From contig JAJFLQ010000029.1 in the NCBI GenBank assembly GCA_021772615.1, forward strand, positions 9,338 to 73,337: a DNA stretch of 64,000 nucleotides, written 5' to 3'. The notes below the pieces were generated by a model. It was not told where the DNA came from. It searched no databases and saw only the letters and a list, made by a program, of their open reading frames with translations. Numbering within the stretch: position 1 is the first letter of the stretch; each line of letters begins with the position of its first letter. A program made the translations under genes and the position numbers. Positions 17,601 through 26,100 of the stretch are shown in pieces. The stretch comes from Verrucomicrobiota bacterium (GTDB lineage: Bacteria; Verrucomicrobiota; Lentisphaeria; JABSQK01; JAJFLO01).

Positions 17601-20600
17601 GGTGTATTACTATCGTGTCGTTGCGGTCTACGAGGACGGCGCGGAAACCGTAATTCCGTTACCCGAAATCCTGATCAACACCCACGACGACAGCACCGTT
17701 CGCGGCTTCGCCTTCCTCGAGGGCCGGAGCAACCACGCCGGCATCAAAATCACATACGAAGGCATTTCGACCTTGACCACGACCGAATTCGCGTTCACCG
17801 ACGCCCTCGGACGTTACGAGATCCCGTTGACCAAGGTCGGGCAATACGCAGTGACCTACGAGAAGGACGGGTTCCTGAGCTACACGCCGTACCGCGTCGG
17901 CGGCGCACTTCTCAATGTCACCGACGACATCGTCAGCGACGACGTCACGTTATTGACACTGGGCGTCAACGACGTCAGCGGCGAGGTGTCCGGGGTCTGG
18001 GACGGCATCTACACCATCACCGGCGATGTCTCGGTGCCGGAAAACAATGCGCTGGTGATCCGTCCCGGCTCACGGATCCAGTTTGTCGGCAAATACCAGT
18101 TCGATGTTTTCGGTTATCTCGAGGCGCGCGGCGAAGCAAACAGCAAAATCCTGTTCACCTTCGTCAACGAAACACGAACGCCCGGTCCCGGCAACTGGTG
18201 GGGGATCGATTTCAACGATTCATCGGACGACACCTCGATCATCAGCCACGCCGTCATCGAATTCGCCGACGACGGCGTCGAATGGGCTGATGCGAGCGCG
18301 GGACTCGAAAACGCCGAGGTACACCACCATGCCGATTACGGCCTGCACATCAGCCGCGCGGACAGCCGCCCGCACATCGTGAACGTCGACGTCTACAGCA
18401 ACCAGCGCGGGATTCGTGTCGATGCGGCGTCGCCGGTCCTGGACCAGGTGTCGTCAAGAAACAACCTGAATTCCAGCAACGGCTATGGGCTGTGGATGGA
18501 GAATATCCCGACGGTCGTCGCGACCAATTGCCGTTTCGACGACAACCGGCTTTACGGAATATATATGCAGGAAAGCAGCCGTTCCGTCTTCACCAATTGT
18601 TCATTCAACGACAATCAAAACACTGGTATCTATGTGAATCGCGGCGACGTCACGATTGAGAATTCGGAGGCATCTCGGAACACCGGTTACGGAATTTTGC
18701 TAAATAACGGCGGTCACAACGGACGATTCTCAAGAATCCTGAACTGTCAGATTGCCGACAATACATCCTGGGGAATGTATATCGCAACAAACAGCAATAC
18801 TGCGAACCAGAATGATGCGATCATCGTCGCCGATAACAACGTCCGGCGGAACATGAATTACGGAATCTACATCAGCAACAGCAACAAACTAATTGTTCGG
18901 GACAATGTTGTGTCGGACACTTATCGCGACAACACCTGTTGCGGACGCGGCTCAGGGATTTACATCGGAAGTTCGAGTAATCAGCTGGAATTCATACGCA
19001 ATGTCGTAATGCGCAACGCCAGCGACGGTGTGTACAACGCCAGTTCAAGCAACACCATCACATTCGACAACAACACGATACTCAATAATCGCGGCGACGG
19101 CTTTGAGACAACCAGCAGCCCCACAATTACGTCGATCAGCAACAATATAATCATCGACAACGACCACTACGCCGTCCGCACCAGCAGCACGATCCCGGTA
19201 TTCGGCTTCAACAATATCCGCAATAACGGATCAGGTCTGACCAACGACCTCAACCGGTTTCCGGTGAATACCTGGGACTTCACGGATGTGAACAACGGCT
19301 ATCCCGCCGACGTCCACGGCAATATCTCGATTGATCCGCTGTTTCGGCTCCCCATCATCGACGATTACTCCCTCCACGCGAATTCGCCGTGCATCGACGC
19401 CGGCGACCCCGCCGCTTCCGACCCCGACGGCACGCGACTGGACATCGGCGCGCTGTACTGGGACCAGGGTATTCCCCACAGCCTGACGGTCACCGGCTAC
19501 GGTGACGAATCCGTGGCCCTGACGTGGCAGGCCGCGACAGGCAATAATTTCGGACCCGTCGCTGGGTATAACGTCTACTATCGCGAGTCCGGTTCCGACG
19601 TCTGGCTGTTGTTCGATTCCACCGATCAGCCGGCGATCGCCGTCACCGGCCTTGTCAACAACGTCCTGTACGAATTCGCCGTGACCGGGCTGTATCCCGG
19701 AAATGTGGAATCTGACGTGTCGACAGCGATCGTTGAGAAAGCAGGCGTGCCAACTATCACAATAACTCCGGTCGGACTCAGCGTCGTCGTTGATCTGGAT
19801 GATGAGCCAATCGTGGAAGTGCTGACCGTGGCCAACGGGGGTACACGTGACCTAAACCTTCATTTTTCAAGTTTCGATGGCGGTGTCGCGACTTTTGACG
19901 GCAACGGCGACTTCATACAAGTCGGAACTCAGCCTCACCTCCAGGGCTTGGCCGCACTGACCATTGAATGCTGGGTACGTCGCGAAAACGCAACGTTCAC
20001 TGAACTGGTCAGCAGACACACACCGTGGAATTACCAGTACAGTCTATATATCGACGGCAACGATAAACCCGGTCTATACAAGGGATACCAATCTACGTAC
20101 CAAACCTTTCAGTCGGATTTTCAGATTCCGAGGGGTGAATGGCACCATCTCGCTGTGACTTGGACGGACAACGTTGTCAAATTCTATTACGATGGTGAAC
20201 TAGCAGACGAATTTGATAATGCCGTCGCCGAGCCGATCCCGAACCACAATTACCCACTGGATATTGGCCGGCGCGGCAATTATCCTGATCGCTACCTGCA
20301 CGGAGCGATGGCTGAGCTCAGAATCTGGAATCGCGTCCGAACAGGCGACCAGTTGAAGTCGGACATGCTCAAACCACTGGCGGACGAGGAAGCAGGACTT
20401 GTCGCCTACTGGCCGTTGCGACACGATTTCCTGGATCTATCTGGCTTCGATACGCCCGGCACTCCCAACGACGATGTCTTCATCGACGCAACTGAGTCGA
20501 TACCCGTCAGCCCGTTCTTCACGGTCGAATCCGAGTCGGTGATCGTACCGGCCGGCGGCGAGACCGACGTCATGTTGTCGTTTCCCTTCATTGATCTATT

Positions 20601-23163
20601 CAAACGCAAGACACTCAAGATCCCCATTTACACGGATATTCCCGATGTGCCGAAGGTTGACTATGACGTGCTCGTCACCTACGGCGACCATATCCAGGCG
20701 GAGACCGATATATTCAGCTCGGTCAATCCCAGCGACAGCTCGTATACCATTGTCATCGACTACGCGGAGATCGACGGCGAACCGCTCGAGCTCGGCGATG
20801 TGATCGCCGTGCTCGACGGCGACACGATCGTCGGTGTCGGGGTGTTCGACGGTTTCGCCTACAGCTTTCCAGCCTGGGAAGCGCATCCGGATCTCTCCCA
20901 GGACGGCTTTACCGCCGGCAACCCAATGACGTTCCGGCTCTACGACACATTCCTCGCCCTCGAAGCCACGGTTACGGACGTCGCGTTTGTTGTCGGCGAC
21001 GGTACGTTCGGCTACAACACATTCACCAGCGTCCAACTCTCAGCGACGGTTTTCCAGACGCAGACGGTCGACATCGTCGGCGGCCGCGTAAACCTGATCT
21101 CGTTCAACAAATGGCCGCGCATCACCGACGCCGGCGCGGTTTTCGGCCAGGTCGACGCACTCGAACTGGTCTACGACGATCAGGGGTTTTCGATGATCCC
21201 GCAGTTCCTGATCGACACCATCGTCGATATCGATTTCACCCGGGGCTACCACGTTTACAGCGAGTTTGACGACATCATCGAGTTCGAAGGGACGCTACTG
21301 AAGCCGACGCAAACGATGATGGTGTTGTATCCGCACCAGTGGAACTCGGTCGCGTTTCTCGGCGAGGACCTCCAGGACGTCGCCACGACCTTCGGCGCCG
21401 ACCCCGACGGCACGGCCCTGATTAACGATCAGATCATCGCCGTACAGGACGACAAAGGAAATATGTGGACGCCGACCGGTGAGGCCAACACACTGACGAA
21501 CCTCGCACCCGGCCGGGGCTATCAGATCGCGATCGCCGGCGACGACCCGATCGCGTTTTACTACCAGAACACCGGCGCCGCGGTCGGAAGCAGTTCGGTC
21601 GTGCGCAACGCCGGCGCGGCCGCGAAGCGCGGGGCGACGGCAGCGAACGCCGACGCCTTTGTTCCCGTGGCGGACACCGGCATTCCCTACAATATTCTGG
21701 TAGTGTATCCGGGGCGCAACACACCGCCCGGCGCGCAGCTCGGCGTGTTCGACGGCGACGTCTGTGTCGGCGCCGCCACTTTCGGCGGCGAAGACTACCT
21801 CCAGATCACCGCCTGGGGCAGCGACCCGTTTCTCGGGCTGCCCGGATTCACTGACGGCCACGATATCCGCCTGATGCTGCACACGCCCGACGACGGCGAC
21901 GTTCGTGAGATCGACGCTGACTACCTTCGCGGCGACGGCACGTTCGGCAGCGATCTCTTTGCCCTGGCACATATCGACACACCGATACCCGCCGTTGACC
22001 TCATCGCGGTCGCCGACGCCACCGAAACCGTGCCCGGCGTCACAAATGACCGGCGCGTATACCTGGCAATAGACGGTTATGGCGACGGCACCGCGCTCGA
22101 GTGGCTGGTCACGGAATCACCCGCGCAGCCACAGGCCGGCGACGGACGCTGGCAGGCCGACAGGCCAACCTACCACGACATCGCCGCGGACGAGGGCATG
22201 GTAACGCTGTACATCTGGGTAAAAAACGAACACGACGTCGTCAGCCTGCTGCACCAGGGGTCGTATCGTGAGATCATGCTCGACCTCGGTTTTGTATTCA
22301 CGATCACCTCATCACGCGTCGAATCGCAGCCGCTGCGCTTCGGCCAATGGCGCTGGGCCACGGCCGGCTACGACGACAACCTCGACGAACGCGTGGATGG
22401 CGCCGGCACACCGTACCACCCCTACCTGACCCGACGCAGCGTGACCTCCGACGCACCCGCGCGCTTCATGACCGACATCCGCCCGACGGAAGCCGTATCG
22501 CGCTGGCGCATGCACGTCGCCGGGCCGGCGGACAACCGAACGCTGTCCTTCGACATTCCGAGAATGCCGGCGGGCGCGCAACTGCTGATTCAGCGTCTGG
22601 CAGGCGAAGCCGCCGCTGAGGCGCCGTTCGAGCTGCACGATGCATCGTCGATTGCCGTACAGGCCGACGACGTCTACGAGATCGTACTCGGGCAACCGGA
22701 TGTCGCCGACCTGCCCCTGCGGCGGGGCTGGAACCTCATCGGCATCCGCCATATGACAGTAGAAACCGTGGGCGATCTGCTCGCGGAATATGGCCTGCCC
22801 CAGACGATCAGTGGAATGGTCTGGACATGGGACGGCCTCGGCTTCAAACTGGTGGCGTCCGATCACGTGCTGCGTTCGGAATGCGGCTACTGGGTGTTCA
22901 ACCGCGGCGACCCGTTTACGGCCCGCTATTCAGGTCTGCCGGCCGACGGCATCGTGACGGTGAAACGGGGCTGGAACGCCGTCGGCCCGACTGCAACCGG
23001 CGTCGTTCCCGAGGCGCTCGCCGGCGGCAATGAAATCTGGACCTGGGACGGCAGGTCGCAGGCGTTTCGCACACCCGATGGAAATACGCTGCAACACGAT
23101 GCCGGTTACCTGATCCGCGCCGACGAAGACACGGTCGTCGACCTCGGCAACGAAAGCGACTGA
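11632..23163 (+). CDS. Large secreted multidomain protein: AgmC-like Gly-rich N-terminal region, 2x [FN3 - carboxypeptidase-regulatory-like - right-handed beta-helix - FN3 - Ig with LamG insert], 5 unnamed GDEIGVFDG modules, GWN repeats
   Basis: 3,843-aa ORF with GGGAGG RBS, GTG start and signal peptide. GDEVLIITMQ...QVTRVPQY...WNGETGGV...GKGYRGG; Asn-rich beta-helix repeats ending SPCIDAxDP; LamG motifs TLECWI...WHHLAV...EVRIW...LVGYWPL twice. Confidence 0.9.
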   Translation: MTLLQRRLLIGLCLFPFHAWSAPLAPFGDGTDGALTVNEGESFETDAVRSAVTGDNLAGGTTVAVANSSGFLVGDEVLIITMQDPEPELSLNQAGTYETAAIAAIDANTLELTAPLAHTYLSSSGAKHQVTRVPQYTTVDVSGTLTCADWNGETGGVLFLRAAESVTMDETGIIHADGKGYRGGLGNDPDGSVGRTGEGITGNFHIPSVDPAANGAGAGPGGGGGGSGSAGRPGALNPYNFGRSVGDPTLRRLICGGGGGGGNDNDNNHNNVNEGRGGDGGGIIVIAAPELTGSEIRSNGGDGTSPDDWYTNSADGAGGGGAGGVIHTTTLNLDIATLSAAGGGGGFSFQTSANRYFSGGDGGDGRIRVNASTVAIGATRPEPYYGELRSLLHNPLPNQAATDASYLIAARATDDTVALTTATVHYQVDGDGFNELAMVNDGQGTFTADIPAQAPLSVVDYYISASDGATTHHTPTDAPAAVHAFTITDSPPTYLHAAATDNGEVTLTWGAPVSAANLVDYSIYRTEALDENLAAEHLVADNITDLTYVDSAPALQDFRTYYYHVRANYDYAAAAVRSASVIAQNDAIGVSVVKGFVNLEGQTDHGGVTVQFNDNGSSNSAVTVHATTDASGYFEQAVNNGNYEIRIVKAGYRDYVLSSNTFIDSDRDVGTRNLYDLGLTDVAGDVFGELSGIISITGAITVPAGRRLVIKPGSELRFLGNDHFIVHGYLVAEGTAEAPIRFTSLPESQLVGEQQWQGIDFTDSSDDRSRMSHIIIENCQDGIEWNRADATVSSVEVHTSNVGFRIIESSNPSINDADIHQNTYGIFIEESSPTITHSNIYDQISYGFHIRNSANPILTNCDVFANRTLSSSDFGINIETRSSPTLIDCKIRDNNDIGLRVYSQCNPEIRGCTISGNNGDGMYVYDTDETQSDMIIEDCLIAENSSEGIYLDYYNQAIGISNCEIRNNSAAGIYLYYDNDPRIRSNVIAENDYGIYISNNYNDLNIERNIVISNANDGVYKSGTNGTTTIAYNTIYGNGGDGYENNGTGTETVLNNIIVNNTGYGLRSNQKIDDLRFNCIAMNAAGDISNTSSSYIPADAWSFITVNPNGVPADKFLNISEDPLFRLNDALDLQLLAGSPCIDAADPDVTDPDLTRSDVGALYHDSGHPMNIVATTEDQTVILTWPPVTTDLHGTLLGYNVYRRDAGADEFELAVFTSESTLTINDLINNAAYEFAVTGVYDSGHESVHSAIITERPGVAVIDLDRESLNVSLEAEIGDLERSLAVSNSGTKALSVEFENISADYGAAKLDGSGDYINVGDHDNLEGMSALTLECWIRSWNSGPFDFLSKGYRQYNLFVDGNRKFGMTKGFSNTYEYRTSNYELPRGEWHHLAVSWQKNELVFFVDGNEVFKSQDVNASPISLRSDSFRIGDGDWQGPELKGDITEVRIWKTARTAKEIRATILTPLSGDEENLVGYWPLSLDFTDHSTFRRHGSKVGHATILHDIDVPRVVSVGSTSFTILPGTTENIPFNFHKGFFTDSALLTIPILTNDPTRDVIDFDVHANYRTPEPRSTYFDPVYPTAGGYTIVITEATLNDHPLDVGDEIGVFDGDLCVGGAIFDGRFNMVIPVWEADDGAGLPGFTLGNPMLFRLYDASDDVEGVVTEVDLVVGDGTFGYQTFSALSLNGHAAADATHFVPVPETGQFYRITVTDATINGEPLEAGDEIAVVDGDVTVGVGIYGGAFPVDIIAWQADTGSDLAGFTVGNSISYRVFDQSRNKEALVAYADYLYGDGSFGNDASTSVSLTAINNPPTTFFTPVAETGGFATIVVASAVIDGEPAAPGDEIGIFDGDTCIGAGIADQAGAAVLHAWRAAPQLGQPGFTEGHLMRFQIYRRDVDRAVVVTDAVYDQGDGSFDSSASTVVTLTGHRDILDHHDGTATLTWEAPDDTTGLLAYEVHRSLDDVFSPGGTTVLASDLTDTTYTDADLADAVYYYRVVAVYEDGAETVIPLPEILINTHDDSTVRGFAFLEGRSNHAGIKITYEGISTLTTTEFAFTDALGRYEIPLTKVGQYAVTYEKDGFLSYTPYRVGGALLNVTDDIVSDDVTLLTLGVNDVSGEVSGVWDGIYTITGDVSVPENNALVIRPGSRIQFVGKYQFDVFGYLEARGEANSKILFTFVNETRTPGPGNWWGIDFNDSSDDTSIISHAVIEFADDGVEWADASAGLENAEVHHHADYGLHISRADSRPHIVNVDVYSNQRGIRVDAASPVLDQVSSRNNLNSSNGYGLWMENIPTVVATNCRFDDNRLYGIYMQESSRSVFTNCSFNDNQNTGIYVNRGDVTIENSEASRNTGYGILLNNGGHNGRFSRILNCQIADNTSWGMYIATNSNTANQNDAIIVADNNVRRNMNYGIYISNSNKLIVRDNVVSDTYRDNTCCGRGSGIYIGSSSNQLEFIRNVVMRNASDGVYNASSSNTITFDNNTILNNRGDGFETTSSPTITSISNNIIIDNDHYAVRTSSTIPVFGFNNIRNNGSGLTNDLNRFPVNTWDFTDVNNGYPADVHGNISIDPLFRLPIIDDYSLHANSPCIDAGDPAASDPDGTRLDIGALYWDQGIPHSLTVTGYGDESVALTWQAATGNNFGPVAGYNVYYRESGSDVWLLFDSTDQPAIAVTGLVNNVLYEFAVTGLYPGNVESDVSTAIVEKAGVPTITITPVGLSVVVDLDDEPIVEVLTVANGGTRDLNLHFSSFDGGVATFDGNGDFIQVGTQPHLQGLAALTIECWVRRENATFTELVSRHTPWNYQYSLYIDGNDKPGLYKGYQSTYQTFQSDFQIPRGEWHHLAVTWTDNVVKFYYDGELADEFDNAVAEPIPNHNYPLDIGRRGNYPDRYLHGAMAELRIWNRVRTGDQLKSDMLKPLADEEAGLVAYWPLRHDFLDLSGFDTPGTPNDDVFIDATESIPVSPFFTVESESVIVPAGGETDVMLSFPFIDLFKRKTLKIPIYTDIPDVPKVDYDVLVTYGDHIQAETDIFSSVNPSDSSYTIVIDYAEIDGEPLELGDVIAVLDGDTIVGVGVFDGFAYSFPAWEAHPDLSQDGFTAGNPMTFRLYDTFLALEATVTDVAFVVGDGTFGYNTFTSVQLSATVFQTQTVDIVGGRVNLISFNKWPRITDAGAVFGQVDALELVYDDQGFSMIPQFLIDTIVDIDFTRGYHVYSEFDDIIEFEGTLLKPTQTMMVLYPHQWNSVAFLGEDLQDVATTFGADPDGTALINDQIIAVQDDKGNMWTPTGEANTLTNLAPGRGYQIAIAGDDPIAFYYQNTGAAVGSSSVVRNAGAAAKRGATAANADAFVPVADTGIPYNILVVYPGRNTPPGAQLGVFDGDVCVGAATFGGEDYLQITAWGSDPFLGLPGFTDGHDIRLMLHTPDDGDVREIDADYLRGDGTFGSDLFALAHIDTPIPAVDLIAVADATETVPGVTNDRRVYLAIDGYGDGTALEWLVTESPAQPQAGDGRWQADRPTYHDIAADEGMVTLYIWVKNEHDVVSLLHQGSYREIMLDLGFVFTITSSRVESQPLRFGQWRWATAGYDDNLDERVDGAGTPYHPYLTRRSVTSDAPARFMTDIRPTEAVSRWRMHVAGPADNRTLSFDIPRMPAGAQLLIQRLAGEAAAEAPFELHDASSIAVQADDVYEIVLGQPDVADLPLRRGWNLIGIRHMTVETVGDLLAEYGLPQTISGMVWTWDGLGFKLVASDHVLRSECGYWVFNRGDPFTARYSGLPADGIVTVKRGWNAVGPTATGVVPEALAGGNEIWTWDGRSQAFRTPDGNTLQHDAGYLIRADEDTVVDLGNESD

Positions 23164-23171
23164 GTTCCTTT

Positions 23172-26100
23172 ATGACACGACGTCTTCCCATATCGTGCTG
23201 GTGCACGCTGATGTCCATGCTGGTTGCGGTAGCAGCGCCGGCACAGAGCGTGCCGCCCGCGTTTACGCCGGTCGCGCCGACGGGCCTGCCCTACAGCGTG
23301 ATCGTGTCCGGCGTCACGCTAAATGATGAACCGCTCACGGCCGACGCGCAGATCGGCGTGTTCGACGGCGACCTCTGCGTCGGCGCGGCGACCATCGGGA
23401 ACGCCGGGCAGATCGTGATCACCACCTGGAAAGGCGACGATGCACTGGCGATTCCCGGCTTTGTTGCGGGCAATGCCATCGGCTTCAGGATCCGGACAAG
23501 CTGGTTCTCGGAAATCCAAACGTTCGAAGGCGCGGCAACGGTTCTGGAAGGCGGCGACAGTTTCGGCGACGGTCATTTCTCCCTGGTCGCCGTTGCCGTG
23601 ACCACGACACTGGCGCCTGAAGTCAGTGTGAACCCCGTCCGCCTGGAATTCGGGCAGACCGACCTCGGCATCGCGGTGACGAGGGAATTTACCGTTGCCA
23701 ACGACGGCGATGCCATACTCCAGGTCCCGGCGATCGTGACCGACCACTTGTATTACCTGGTCAGTCCGACATCGATGACACTCGCGCCCACCGAATCGCA
23801 AACGGTCACAGTGACCTTTAACCCGGCGGCGGCCGGTGGCTTTTCCGCGCATGTGACCGTGCACTCGGATGATCCCGGCACGCCCGCCGCGACCGTAGAT
23901 CTCGTCGGCATCGGGCTCCCGCCGCCGCGCCCGGAACTCGCGATCCTGAACGATACCGTCACATTCGGCCAGGTCGCGGCCGGCCGGTCACGCACCCGCG
24001 ATATTCGGCTGGCGAACCAGGGCAACGCGGACCTCGTGATTCACTCGATAACAAGCAACGGCAGCTCCTTCAGCGTCGGCGCCCCAACCAGCTTTACCAT
24101 GCCGTCGAAATCCAGCCGCTCGGCGCCGATCACCTACGCGCCGAGCGCAGCCGGCCAACATTCCGCGACGATCACCATCAACAGCAACGACGGCGCCGCC
24201 GCGATCGCGGTATCCGGGGAGGCCACGCCCGGGCATTTCGCCGACATACCGACCACCGGGATCGGCGGTTACTCCATCATCATCGACCGCGTCGACCTCA
24301 ACAAGAAGAGCTGGTTCGAGCCCGGCGACGAGATCGGCGTGTTCGACGGCGAGACCCTGGTCGGCGTCGGCGGCGTCGGCAATGCGCTCCAGCTTGACGG
24401 CATCGACGACCACGTGCAGGTCGCCGACAGCAACGCCTTCGATCTGCCGGGTGCGGTCACGATCGAGTGCCGCATTCGCGCCGGGTCCGTCGATGACGGG
24501 GTCGCCGGCATCATCGGCAAGGGCCGCAACTACGGGCTGTTCCTGCATCCCGACCGGCGTCTCGAACTGGTGTACCGGAACGGCGCCGGCCGCGAGGTCA
24601 GGATTGAATCGACCGCCGGCGCCCTGCCCGCGGACCAATGGCATCACATCGCCGGCGTGATTGACGTTGCCGCGAGCACGATGACGATCTATGTCGACGG
24701 CGCCCCGGTTGCATCAGGGGTCGCCCCCGAGAACATGACCACCAACAGCGACCCACTCACGATCGGAGCGGCCTCGAACAATGTGTCGCAGCAGTTTCTT
24801 CCCGGCCTTGTCGACGAGGTGCGGGTGTGGAACGTCGCCCGCAGCCAGGCCGATATCGACACAAACAAGGCAATGTCGATTCGACAGAATCAGTCCGGGC
24901 TCGTCGCATCCTGGACATTCGACGACGGGACCCTGCGCAGCTCGGTGTCGGGCCAGTACACCGGGACGTTTGCCGGCGGCGCGCGTCTGGCTGCGACCAA
25001 TGCGTTGCCGCACAACAACGTGATTTTTGTATGGCAACGGCATGAGGGGCTCGGGCTCGACGGCTACACCCCGGGCAACCCGATCAGCTTTCGGCTCTGG
25101 TCGAATCTCTTCGGCGTTTTCGAAGAACTGGACGCCGCGCCCGAGTTTATAATCGGCGACGGCCATTTCGGCACCGGCACCCTTTCAGTTGTACGGCTGT
25201 CCGCCGTGTCCGACAGCGAACCGAATATTGCAGTCGACATCGACTCGCTGTACCTGGGACAACTGCCGATCCATGAAAGCGTCACCAGCACGGTCAGCAT
25301 CACCAATTCCGGGAACACGCCGCTGACCATTTTATCGATCTCCGAGACATCGACCGTATTCAGCCTTACCCACCAGTCGGCAACCGTGCAGCCGGATGAA
25401 ACCCTCGACGTCATCGCGACCTTCTCGCCCGTCGTTCCCGGTACGCACGGGACGACCATGACGATCGTCTCGAACGATCCCGATGAACCGGTGATTGACG
25501 TCGACCTCAGCGGTTTCGGCCTGCCCGCCGGCCGCGCCGAGATCTCGTTGTCCACCGCCTCTGTCAATTTCGGCGGCGTCGTGATCGGCGAGTCGGAAAC
25601 AAAGATATTCCGGATCGCGAATACCGGCACGGCCCCGTTGACCGTCACCGGCATTTCCAGCGGCGATCCGTCGTTCGTCGCGACGCCGAACGCTTTTACA
25701 CTGACCAATACCAACGACGTACAGGACGTGAGCGTTGTCTTCAGTCCGGGACAACGACGGTCCTTTTCAGATATACTGTCGATCACGTCAAACGCCGACA
25801 CCCGATCGTTGGCCGTAACCGGTATCGGGTTCGACGGACATTTCCCGGCCGCGGTCGAGACCGGCTTGCCGTATCAAATCGTAATCGACAATACGACCCT
25901 GAACGAATTTCTCACGTCAGGCGATGAAATCGGAGTATACGACGGAGATCGGATTGTCGGCCGCGGCGTTGTCCCCCTATTCGGCAACTCTCTGTCGCTG
26001 GACGGTAACGGCGACCTGGTGGATGTCGCGGACGACAACGTTCTGGACGGCATGCTGCACCTCACCCTCGAGGCCTGGGTCTATCTGAACAACACCGGTC

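Noticed and set aside
16093-18290. 470-aa minus ORF and 469-aa Arg-rich plus ORF
   Set aside because: Alternative-frame shadows inside the 3,843-aa gene.
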